From an uncultured Candidatus Saccharibacteria bacterium (GTDB lineage Bacteria > Patescibacteriota > Dojkabacteria > J137), in contig CAZUKH010000001.1 in the NCBI GenBank assembly GCA_964620955.1, positions 124,593 to 188,592 on the forward strand: 64,000 nucleotides of DNA. The letters are read 5' to 3'. The translations under genes were made by a program, and so were the position numbers. This document shows, one piece after another, positions 18,647 through 28,038 of the stretch (position 1 is its first letter; the number at the start of each line of letters is the position of its first letter). The notes under the pieces are model-generated. The model was not told where the DNA came from and ran no database searches. It saw only the letters and a program-made list of their open reading frames with translations.

Positions 18647-19579
18647 ATGGATAGTAATAAATTTGATTTGATAATTGTAGGCTCAGGACCGGCAGGTTTA
18701 ACAGCTGGTATTTATGCATCAAGAGCCAATTTAAAAGTTTTGTTACTAGCTGGCGAACAGTGGGGAGGCCAGCTAATGAAAACAACTGTTGTTGAAAACT
18801 ATCCTGGGTTTCCTGAAGGAATAAACGGTCCTGAACTTATGACAAAAATGAAGGATCAAGCAGAAAAATTTGGAACAAATATAAAATATGAAAATGTTTT
18901 AAGTGTTGATTTAAATGCACAAGAAAAGAAAGTAACTACCGCAAATGGAGATTATTTCGCTAGGGCAGTAATATTAGCTACCGGGTCGGAACCTCGTACT
19001 CTAGGTATTCCAGGTGAAGATAAGTTTTATGGTCGCGGGGTATCTACATGCGCTACGTGCGATGCTGCTTTTTTTAAAGATAAAATTGTAGCAGTAGTAG
19101 GAGGAGGAGATAGTGCAATGGAAGAATCAACATTTTTAACAAGATTTGCTTCTAAAGTTTATCTTATCCATAGACGCGATGAGTTTAGAGCAAGCCCAAT
19201 AATGCAAGAAAGGGCAAAGTCAAACAGCAAAATTGAATTTATGCTCAATTCAGAAATTAAAAAAATAATTGGAAATGAAGTAGTTGAAAAAATCTTAGTA
19301 TTAAATAATAAAGATAATAGCCAAAAAGAAATTAATGTAAACGGGGTATTTTTAGCAGTTGGACATATTCCAGTTACAGGCATATTTAAAGACCAGCTTC
19401 CTTTAAACGACACTGGCTATGTTATGCCTATAAATGCATTTTCTGTAAAAACAAATGTGAAAGGAGTTTTTATTGCAGGTGAAATACAGGACTATATTTA
19501 TAAACAGGCAATTACCACTGCGGCTGATGGCTGTAAAGCAGCACTTGAAGCACAAAAGTTTTTAGCCGAAAACGAGTAA
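18647..19579 (+). CDS. trxB: Thioredoxin-disulfide reductase
   Basis: IIVGSGPAGLTAGIYASRANL (FAD), CATCD redox-active site, VVGGGDSAMEE (NADPH). Confidence 0.95.
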   Translation: MDSNKFDLIIVGSGPAGLTAGIYASRANLKVLLLAGEQWGGQLMKTTVVENYPGFPEGINGPELMTKMKDQAEKFGTNIKYENVLSVDLNAQEKKVTTANGDYFARAVILATGSEPRTLGIPGEDKFYGRGVSTCATCDAAFFKDKIVAVVGGGDSAMEESTFLTRFASKVYLIHRRDEFRASPIMQERAKSNSKIEFMLNSEIKKIIGNEVVEKILVLNNKDNSQKEINVNGVFLAVGHIPVTGIFKDQLPLNDTGYVMPINAFSVKTNVKGVFIAGEIQDYIYKQAITTAADGCKAALEAQKFLAENE

Positions 19580-19691
19580 AATCCTTCAATCAATTTACTA
19601 GTAAAAAAATAAAAGCATCAGAACCTTACGAAGACCACTCTTTATTTCTTTTCCAAATTTAACTATATTGATTTAGTTAAAGAATAGAGGT

Positions 19692-22600
19692 TTGTTTTTG
19701 CGTTTTTTAAATAAAACAATACGGCTCAAAGAATGGCAGCTGGATATTTTTTCAGCTTTTGTTTTGCTGGGTGGTATTTTCGCTGGCGTAATTCTTGCTG
19801 TTGCAGGTTTAATTCCATTAATTAATGCTGATGTTACTAATTTAATTACGCTTACCTCAGATGCATCGTTTAACACTGGTAGTTATGCTAGTACAAATAT
19901 AACCGGAGCGGGAGATGGTGCCTCTGTACAGTTAACACCTGGCGGCGCTGGATGGCTTGACCCAGCATGGACTTACCGACGGGATATTACAATTAACAAC
20001 CCTAATACTTCTACTCTAACTGAGTACCAGGTACTTATTACTCTTAATACTAGTAACTTTAATTATGCAAATGTTCAAAATGATTGTGATGATATTCGTT
20101 TTGCCAATAATGCTGGCCAACTTTTAAGCCATTATCAGCTTGTGTGTAATACAAGCGGTGTAAGTCAATTTTGGGTTAAAGTAGATTCACTTGCAGCAAG
20201 TTCCGATACTACAATACAGGTTTATTTCGGCAATGCTTCCGCAACTAGCGGTTCAAACGAAGTGGCAACCTTTTCATACTCATCAGCTAAAACTGTTGGT
20301 TATATAATAAATGACAGGGTTAATGAAGCATCAGTAATCAGTCTTATTGCAAATAATCAAATTATTCATAATTCACAAACTTTTAATCTTAATGAATATG
20401 AAACTAATTACTTTCCTTTAGTTAACAGAAGTTTACCAATACAAGCTAAAGGATTATTTAATTTTAAAGATCCTGATACAGATAATGATACATTTGTACC
20501 GGTTTCATTTGCAGGTACAAACTTTAGATTTACAACAAGAGAAAGTGGAACAGATACCGAAGATTTTTGGATGATTAGTCCATGGGGTAGTGCTACAGTA
20601 ACAATAGCCGGTGATGGCGGGGCAGCATGCCAAACACTTACAGTTACAGGCACAGCTGCGGTTAACGGGTCTGGCTGTAATTTAGCAGCGGGTATTACTT
20701 TTAAAATAACCAGTACAATACCAATTCTTGTTTTTTACGACGGGAATGCTAATCAAATTTCTCCAATTATGCCAGTTGAAAATGGACCATGGTACGGAGT
20801 GCCAAGCAGGACTCTAATGATTTCAGCAGCCGATAGTGGAGCAAACACAACTTACTTTAGATCCGACAACGCAAATGCTTACAATAATGCAATTGCAGCA
20901 AACAGGGATTTAACCCAAGCTACAGCATACGCGTCTTATGCTTCGGGACCCGCACTAAAAATAACAGGAGATAACCCAATTTTTGCATCAGCATGGAACG
21001 ATGGTAACGGGAATGACGGCGTGTCATTTATGCCTTGGAATAAACTTGGCACGCGATTTGGAGGTGCAACTGTTGTTGACTATATAGCTATTGCCTCACC
21101 CTACCCTGCTACTTGCCGTGTTTACAATGCATTAACTCAAACTCTAGTCGCAAGTGGTACAGCATCATCATTAAATTCAGAAGTTTATATGCTTGGGTTT
21201 GGTACTGGAAATTCTAATACTTATGTTAACGGTCCGTGGTATGTTGATTGTGACAAGCCTGTGTACCTTTACGCTGAAATGTCTGCAGACGCAGAAACGC
21301 AAGTTTATACATATGAGCAAATGAGGCAGTTTGTTTACCCAACGCCTGCAATGAATTCAACACTTGGTAACGAAGAAGGCTCAATTCCTGGAAGCGGCAC
21401 ATGGGAATCAGCAGGAAATCAAAATGCAATAGATTTAAAGTGGAATGGAGGATGGGGAGATGGCACTGGAACATCAGTGGGTTTTGAAGCAAGTGTTTCT
21501 AATGTAGGAGCAAATGCAAATATTGCATTTCAAATTAGGGCAGCATCTAGCCTGGCCAACTTAACATCAACAAGCTATCAAACTTTAGGCGTAGCAAGTT
21601 CAGGTACCAGTTTTACAGTTACTAAAGATGAGCTTGACACTCTTGGCGTACCTACTGGTTTAAATGGTAGGTACATTCAAATTAAAGCAACACTCAACTC
21701 AATTGATGGTTTTATAAACCCAGTACTTGAAAGTTTTGGGGTAAGATACCAAGCTGATAACTCAGGTCCATCTGTAAACGCTTCGGGAATTCAGCTCTTT
21801 AAAAGTTCAACTGGCGGTGAAGTCACAACAGACAACTGGCTTAATAATATTGCTCCATACTTTTCATGGAGTGAAGGCTCAGATACACAATCTGAAATTG
21901 GTGGGTTTTGCTTGTACATAGGAAACGATATTAATGGTGACCCTGCAATTACTGAGGGTATTTTGGGTGATAGTGGTTTTAGCGTACCTGGTGCAGACTG
22001 CCCTTTTCAAATAGAAACACCTTATATTGATTTTGCTACAACTGCTTTTAGAGGAAGCCAATGGCTTGAATCTGACACAATAAAGTACTATATGAAGGTT
22101 AAGTCAATCGACCGGGCAGGGAACGAATATCTTGGAACTGCAGCTTCATTTAGCTTTTACTATGATGATACGCCACCTACAACTCCATTCTTCATTTCTT
22201 TACCTTCGGGATTTGTTTCTTCAAAAGAAGTTACTATAACCTGGCCAACAGTAGGAAACGAGCGGGCTAAAGATGACCATTCACAGCTTGCTGGCTTGCA
22301 GTACAGAATAGGAAATAATGGTGTGTGGTATGGAGATTTGCATAATGGAGCTGAAAATCAAACTGACTTATTAGTTAATGATGGACATTACGTTACAATT
22401 GACCCTTATGATTTTGATGCGCTAAGCCAAGAGGTTAACTTGATTTACTTTAGGAGTTGGGATAACGCTGGAAATATATCTACTGCAACAGTTAGCGGAA
22501 CAATAAAGATTAACTCTAATGCACCAAGTAGCCCACAAAATCTTACAGTCACGCCATTAACCAATACAGTAAACTCCTATGCTTTTGAATGGGACCCACC

Positions 22601-24392
22601 TAGTAGTTATACCGGCCTTTTGAGTGGAATTACTTATTGTTACACTGTTAACACATTACCTTCGGCAGGTACCTGTATTTTTACAGGGCCAGGTGTAACA
22701 AACCTTGCTGCAGATGCATATGCTAACCTTCCAACAACTAATACACTTTACCTAGTAGCTAAAGATGAAGCTGGAAACATTAATTACTCAACATATACCC
22801 AGGTAGATTTTACGTATACAGGAACCGCTCCTGGTATTCCGCGTAATATTGAAGTTACAGATATTTCAATAAAAGATACTGCAAACTGGAGACTTTCTGT
22901 AACTTGGGAAATTCCCGAAAATATTGGTGCTGGTGTGAGCTCATATAAAATTTATAGATCTACCCAAGACTTAAGCTGTACAAACGATATTGAATCTTTT
23001 AGCCTTATTGATACTATTAAGGGTTCTACCTTTTACGCAAATACTGGTTTAAGCCAACAAACTTACTATTACTGCCTTAGAGCTTGTGATTCGGCAAACA
23101 ACTGCTCTGCTCCTTCTGAAGTTGCATCTGGATTTCCTGACGGAAGATTTACTAGCCCAGCTGAATTAATTTCAGGGCCAACTATAACAAACCTTTCTAC
23201 TCGCAGAGCAACTATAAACTGGGTAACAGTTCGAGGTTCCGATTCAAAAGTAGCATATGGAATTGCTCCTGACACATATTTTGAAGAAGAGCCATCAACT
23301 TCTACCCAGGTAAACGACCACGTTATAAACCTTTCGGGCTTACAGCCAGGAACCACCTACTACTACAGAGCAAAATGGACCGATGAAGATGGTAATACAG
23401 GAATAAGCCCTGAAAAATCTTTTACTACAGACCCTGCTCCTGTAATTAGAGATGTTTCGGTGGCAAGAGTTGGATTAGACAATGCTGTAATTAGGTTTAC
23501 AGCAAGAGGTGCTTATGGAGTTCAGCTTCGTTATGGGCTTACCACAAGTTTTGGTGGAGCTATTGAAATTGACTCTTCACCTGTTGAAAGCACTTACACT
23601 GCAATAATCGAAAATTTGCAAGACGGCACAAATTACTTTTACACAATCAACCCTTTTGATGGTGAAGGATTTACATACGAAGGAACTGTTTTAAATTTTG
23701 CAACTCTTCCAAGACCTCAAATAACAAATGTAGATATTGAAGAACAAAAAGGAAATGCACAACCTACAATAAAAATTACCTGGGAAACAAATACCCCTAC
23801 AAACTCAATTGCTACTTACTTTCCTGTAACTAACCCTGCATTTACTCGAGATCAAGTAGATATTAATTTAAAAGATGGTAAACATGAAATGACTTTAGCC
23901 GGACTGGAAGCAGAAACAACTTACAACCTGATTGTGAAAGCAGTTGATGCTTTTGGTAACCAGGCACAATCAGATACTATTAGCTTTACAACTGCAACAG
24001 ACAGCAGACCACCAGAAATTTTTAATTTAAAAGTAGAAGGCACTATTACTAACTTTTCGGAAAGTAGCACTGGCTCCGACCAGCAAAAAGCACAACTTAT
24101 TGTTTCGTGGGATACTGATGAACCTGCAACAAGTCAAGTAGAGTTTGGACAAGGAAGTGCCTCAGTTTATACACAAAAAACACAACAAGATCAAAATCTT
24201 ACTTTCAACCATTTAGTTGTAATTTCAAACCTTACACCTTCGCAGGTTTATAGCCTTCGAGTGATTTCTGCTGATAGCGCTGGCAATGAGGGTTTGTCGG
24301 ACAATTCTGTTACTATAACTCCTAAGGTTGTAAGTTCAGCTTTAGACTTAGTGTTTTCAAATCTACTTGAAATATTTGGTTTTTTGCGATGA
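19692..24392 (+). CDS. Giant (1566 aa) membrane-anchored surface protein: N-terminal TM, DUF2341 domain, long array of Fn3-like / purple-acid-phosphatase-N-like beta-sandwich repeats
   Basis: TTG start. TM segment FSAFVLLGGIFAGVILAVAGLI. DUF2341 signatures: WxYRRDITINN...DCDDIRFANNAGQLLSHYQL...FWVKVDSL...IQVYFGN. Repeated TxxW..., GTTYYYR and YY-rich beta-sandwich motifs. Low-complexity S/T/G/N-rich linkers. Confidence 0.7.
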   Translation: MFLRFLNKTIRLKEWQLDIFSAFVLLGGIFAGVILAVAGLIPLINADVTNLITLTSDASFNTGSYASTNITGAGDGASVQLTPGGAGWLDPAWTYRRDITINNPNTSTLTEYQVLITLNTSNFNYANVQNDCDDIRFANNAGQLLSHYQLVCNTSGVSQFWVKVDSLAASSDTTIQVYFGNASATSGSNEVATFSYSSAKTVGYIINDRVNEASVISLIANNQIIHNSQTFNLNEYETNYFPLVNRSLPIQAKGLFNFKDPDTDNDTFVPVSFAGTNFRFTTRESGTDTEDFWMISPWGSATVTIAGDGGAACQTLTVTGTAAVNGSGCNLAAGITFKITSTIPILVFYDGNANQISPIMPVENGPWYGVPSRTLMISAADSGANTTYFRSDNANAYNNAIAANRDLTQATAYASYASGPALKITGDNPIFASAWNDGNGNDGVSFMPWNKLGTRFGGATVVDYIAIASPYPATCRVYNALTQTLVASGTASSLNSEVYMLGFGTGNSNTYVNGPWYVDCDKPVYLYAEMSADAETQVYTYEQMRQFVYPTPAMNSTLGNEEGSIPGSGTWESAGNQNAIDLKWNGGWGDGTGTSVGFEASVSNVGANANIAFQIRAASSLANLTSTSYQTLGVASSGTSFTVTKDELDTLGVPTGLNGRYIQIKATLNSIDGFINPVLESFGVRYQADNSGPSVNASGIQLFKSSTGGEVTTDNWLNNIAPYFSWSEGSDTQSEIGGFCLYIGNDINGDPAITEGILGDSGFSVPGADCPFQIETPYIDFATTAFRGSQWLESDTIKYYMKVKSIDRAGNEYLGTAASFSFYYDDTPPTTPFFISLPSGFVSSKEVTITWPTVGNERAKDDHSQLAGLQYRIGNNGVWYGDLHNGAENQTDLLVNDGHYVTIDPYDFDALSQEVNLIYFRSWDNAGNISTATVSGTIKINSNAPSSPQNLTVTPLTNTVNSYAFEWDPPSSYTGLLSGITYCYTVNTLPSAGTCIFTGPGVTNLAADAYANLPTTNTLYLVAKDEAGNINYSTYTQVDFTYTGTAPGIPRNIEVTDISIKDTANWRLSVTWEIPENIGAGVSSYKIYRSTQDLSCTNDIESFSLIDTIKGSTFYANTGLSQQTYYYCLRACDSANNCSAPSEVASGFPDGRFTSPAELISGPTITNLSTRRATINWVTVRGSDSKVAYGIAPDTYFEEEPSTSTQVNDHVINLSGLQPGTTYYYRAKWTDEDGNTGISPEKSFTTDPAPVIRDVSVARVGLDNAVIRFTARGAYGVQLRYGLTTSFGGAIEIDSSPVESTYTAIIENLQDGTNYFYTINPFDGEGFTYEGTVLNFATLPRPQITNVDIEEQKGNAQPTIKITWETNTPTNSIATYFPVTNPAFTRDQVDINLKDGKHEMTLAGLEAETTYNLIVKAVDAFGNQAQSDTISFTTATDSRPPEIFNLKVEGTITNFSESSTGSDQQKAQLIVSWDTDEPATSQVEFGQGSASVYTQKTQQDQNLTFNHLVVISNLTPSQVYSLRVISADSAGNEGLSDNSVTITPKVVSSALDLVFSNLLEIFGFLR

Positions 24393-26854
24393 ATTTGAAT
24401 TTAGATCAAGCCAAAACAGAACAACCCCCCAAAACAAGTGTTATCAGGCTAAGGAACGTAAATAAAATTTTCCAGGTAAAAAGTCAGAATATTTGGGTAC
24501 TAAAAGATATAAACCTTGAAATAGGTAGCGGAGAGTTTGTAATAATTTTTGGACCGTCTGGATCGGGAAAATCTACCATGCTTCATATTATGCTTGGACT
24601 GGAAAAACCAACTGCTGGCGAGTCTTATCTTTTTGATACACCAATAAATAATGTTACCGAAACTCAAATGTGCTTATTACGAAAACGTAGTGTAGGAATT
24701 GTTTACCAGCAACCTAACTGGATTAAATCTTTACCTGTTATTGATAATGTAGGGTTTCCTTTGTCTTTAAAAGGGGTTAATAAGGAACAGGCGAGACTTG
24801 CTGCAACCGCTAAGTTGGCAGTTGTAGGAATGGCACAATGGAGTAATTATAGGCCTACTGAACTTTCATCGGGTCAACAACAGCGTGTAGCATTAGCAAG
24901 AGCATTGGTTGCAGAACCTGACCTTATAGTTGCTGATGAACCTACAGGTAACCTAGATGTTGTTAACGGAGATAGGCTAATGGATCTTTTTAAAGCACAA
25001 CAGGAAGCTGGTAAAACTATTATAATGGTTACCCACAACGTAGATTATTTAAAATATGCTACAAAAATTGTTCAATTTAGAGATGGATTTGTATTAAATG
25101 TTATTGACCCAAGAGGTAAAGATATAAAACTATTGCAAAAAGAATTAACTTCTGACCCCGACCCTAAACTTTTCCCTGATCAAGAAAAATATTCTCCTGC
25201 TGCGCTAGAAAGGTTTGTACAAACTTATGCCAGTGAACTTAATTTAGAGCAACCTAAAGTTAAAAAAGGCTTTACAAAAATTGTTCGAATTATTAGCAGG
25301 CGAATAGTTAGATTACCTCAAAACATAATTAAAGCTGCAGCCATTTATGTAAGTAAAACATTTGTAATAATGGCAGTGCTAAGCTCGATTTTATTTTATA
25401 AAGTTGTAAACATTTTGACTTATATTCCTTTAGTTAACAGATTATTTACTAAAAAAAGCAGCGAAAAGCTGGAAATGCGTGTGCATGGTTTTGTTGCTGG
25501 TTTAAGAAAATCTTACAAAGACAGAATAAGTTTAATAGATATTGCCGACATAGCAATGCATAACATGTTTAATAAAAGGGCAAGAAGTTGGATAACAATC
25601 GGTGGGGTGTCTATAGGTATAGCTTTTATTGTGTTTTTATTATCAATTGGATATGGTATTCAAGAGCTTGTTGTATCAAGAATAGCAACGTTAGATGAGC
25701 TAAAACAACTTGAAGCAAGGCCTGCAGTAAGCACCAACATTTCAATTACAGATGAAACTGTAAGTAAGTTCAAAGAGTTTGAGGGTGTTAATGAGGTTCA
25801 GACTGTTTTAAATATCGCAGGTCAAATCAGTTTTTCAAACTCACAAACCGATGCAGTGATTTTTGGTGCTCAATCAGATTACCTAAAAGCAACTGGAATA
25901 GATATTTCGAATGGAGAGCTTTTTAATAATAATGACATAGTCTCAACTCTTATTACTAAGGAATCACAAGAAGACATTACTCTTGCATCAGCAGATAATC
26001 CTAATAATCTGGTAGTGGAAACCCCCAATAGTAATGAATCGGGAAAAAATATGCTTGAATTACCCCAAAAAGAGCGTGTTGCTGTCATTAATACCCAGCT
26101 AGCTACTTTGTTAGGGCAGGAAGCTGATCAAATAATTGGCAAAGAGGTTGAAGTATCATTCATCTTTACTGGAGATCTTACAACTTCAGGTCAAAGAATG
26201 GAATCAATTGCTGTGCCGTATGAGGTAATTGGAGTAACACAAGATGGTGATACCCCTCAAATGTATGTACCGCTAATCGACTTAAAAGAAACTGGAGTAA
26301 CAAAGTATTCATTACTTAATGTAATAATGAGTAACTCAAATGCAGTTGAAGACGTGAGAAGGAGAATTGAGTTTTCTGGTTACCAAACTACTTCGGTGCT
26401 GGATACTGTGCTTCAAGTAGAATCCTTATTTAGCAGTGTTCGACTCGCACTTGGGATCGTTGGTGGCATTGCTTTATCGGTTGCTGCACTAGGCATGTTT
26501 AACACCTTAAGCGTTTCGCTTTTGGAACGTACTAGAGAAGTTGGTTTGATGAAGGCCATTGGCATGGTACCTAAAGAAGTGCAAGATCTTTTTATTACAG
26601 AAGCAATTGCTATGGGTTTTATTGGTGGCTTTGGGGGGTTATTTGTAGGTTTTATACTAGGCAAGATTATCTCGCTGTTTCTAAGTGCTATTGCAATTTC
26701 TAGGGGGTTTGGAGTTATTGATGTCACTTTTATTCCACCAAGCTTAGCCTTGTCTATTATGCTTCTTGCCGCTTTTGTAGGTACTTTAACTGGTTACCCC
26801 CCTGCAAACCGCGCAACAAGAATCTCAGCAATTAATGCTTTGCGATACGAATAG
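24389..26854 (+). CDS. Fused ABC transporter ATP-binding domain + FtsX/MacB-type permease with a large extracytoplasmic loop
   Basis: Walker A GPSGSGKST, signature LSSGQQQRVALARAL, Walker B IVADEPTGNLD. C-terminal 4-TM FtsX-like domain with a ~260 aa loop between TM1 and TM2. ATGA overlap with the upstream giant gene. Confidence 0.85.
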   Translation: MNLNLDQAKTEQPPKTSVIRLRNVNKIFQVKSQNIWVLKDINLEIGSGEFVIIFGPSGSGKSTMLHIMLGLEKPTAGESYLFDTPINNVTETQMCLLRKRSVGIVYQQPNWIKSLPVIDNVGFPLSLKGVNKEQARLAATAKLAVVGMAQWSNYRPTELSSGQQQRVALARALVAEPDLIVADEPTGNLDVVNGDRLMDLFKAQQEAGKTIIMVTHNVDYLKYATKIVQFRDGFVLNVIDPRGKDIKLLQKELTSDPDPKLFPDQEKYSPAALERFVQTYASELNLEQPKVKKGFTKIVRIISRRIVRLPQNIIKAAAIYVSKTFVIMAVLSSILFYKVVNILTYIPLVNRLFTKKSSEKLEMRVHGFVAGLRKSYKDRISLIDIADIAMHNMFNKRARSWITIGGVSIGIAFIVFLLSIGYGIQELVVSRIATLDELKQLEARPAVSTNISITDETVSKFKEFEGVNEVQTVLNIAGQISFSNSQTDAVIFGAQSDYLKATGIDISNGELFNNNDIVSTLITKESQEDITLASADNPNNLVVETPNSNESGKNMLELPQKERVAVINTQLATLLGQEADQIIGKEVEVSFIFTGDLTTSGQRMESIAVPYEVIGVTQDGDTPQMYVPLIDLKETGVTKYSLLNVIMSNSNAVEDVRRRIEFSGYQTTSVLDTVLQVESLFSSVRLALGIVGGIALSVAALGMFNTLSVSLLERTREVGLMKAIGMVPKEVQDLFITEAIAMGFIGGFGGLFVGFILGKIISLFLSAIAISRGFGVIDVTFIPPSLALSIMLLAAFVGTLTGYPPANRATRISAINALRYE

Positions 26855-26855
26855 T

Positions 26856-27158
26856 TTACAAGCCAAGCAATTTGTTTATTCGTTCTTTTGTAGCTTCGGA
26901 TGCGTCTATTTGTCCTTGTAAATCAATAATATCATTAACACTCACATCCTGAGCCGTGTCTTCGGATTTAATATCTAACATTTCACCACCAAGTGCATTT
27001 ACAGCAATTTCCAGCTGATTTATTCTACTTGCCATTTTATAAACAAGATCTCCGTTTCTTAAAGTCATATAAAGACCTACTGCACTAGAAACTACAAGGG
27101 CTGTAACTACAGCGGCTATCATCATTATCAATGTGTTTTGTCTTGAATCTGTTGACAT
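26856..27158 (-). CDS. Hypothetical small membrane-anchored coiled-coil protein
   Basis: 100 aa. N-terminal TM (IMMIAAVVTALVVSSAVGLYM) followed by a heptad-like region. Confidence 0.45.
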   Translation of the reverse strand: MSTDSRQNTLIMMIAAVVTALVVSSAVGLYMTLRNGDLVYKMASRINQLEIAVNALGGEMLDIKSEDTAQDVSVNDIIDLQGQIDASEATKERINKLLGL

Positions 27159-27399
27159 TTTGAATAATTATAAAATTTAAATCTTACTTTATCTTATCAA
27201 AAAATGAAGTAAGTAAAAAGGATAAACGAAAAGAAGTAAAAACGATAAACTTAAAGCTAAGAAGGAAAAACGAACCAGTCTCTAATTACTAATCGCTAGC
27301 TTAATAAATACAATATATTGTGTTTTTGCTACTTGACTACCACAACATGTTGGGTATAGGATACAAATTACCGCTAAAATATATCTTAAAGTTTTTATT

Positions 27400-28038
27400 A
27401 TGATAGGAGCTGGAACTGATATTGACAACGACCTAACCCCAGCAGCTGAAATACCCTATGAGCTTGAGACTGAAAATACAATGATTCCTAGTATGGAAAA
27501 GGCTTTAGAAGTGGTTCAAATACTGCATCAAATCTTCACTTCAGATCAGATTTATTCTCTGGACGGATTTGCAGCAATAATAGCTGCAGCCGCAGGCAGA
27601 TATCCACTTGAGAGCATAGAGTTTGCCCCTTTTGCGATTGAAGTGAATTTGACCCCTGCAATCGGGTTTTTATTAATACAAAAAACACCCAAAAGAGATG
27701 ACGATATTTTTGTTGATATTCTTCAACCAAACCAGGAAAACCAATTAATATCAAGGCAAGCTCTTTTGAAAAGATATGGATTTAAAAGCTTATCTCCAAT
27801 GACCAGGCTAACTGCAATTTCACAGCTGGTTAAGAATTCGATTGCACTATTAGAAAATAGAAAACTACAAAAACAAGATTTACATAAAAAACTTAAATTG
27901 CTTAGGGATGTCATTAGTTCACATAGCGATGATTTGGAAACACTTTACTTAACTGATCCCGTTTTAACACACATTCCACATACATCTATTCGTATAGCAC
28001 TAAGTCAAATTGACGGGATACTCACCAGAGAATCCTAG
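27400..28038 (+). CDS. Hypothetical protein
   Basis: 212-aa ORF. No recognised motifs. Preceded by a TTGACT...TATAGG promoter-like sequence at 27333-27360. Confidence 0.45.
   Translation: MIGAGTDIDNDLTPAAEIPYELETENTMIPSMEKALEVVQILHQIFTSDQIYSLDGFAAIIAAAAGRYPLESIEFAPFAIEVNLTPAIGFLLIQKTPKRDDDIFVDILQPNQENQLISRQALLKRYGFKSLSPMTRLTAISQLVKNSIALLENRKLQKQDLHKKLKLLRDVISSHSDDLETLYLTDPVLTHIPHTSIRIALSQIDGILTRES

Noticed and set aside
27333-27360. Similarity (ACTTGACTAC...GGTATAG) between the region upstream of ORF 27400 and the CsoR operator/promoter at 18010
   Set aside because: The shared bases correspond to the -35 (TTGACT) and -10 (TATAG) promoter elements. The 8-bp inverted repeat seen at 18018-18040 is not present here, so it is probably promoter consensus rather than a second operator.
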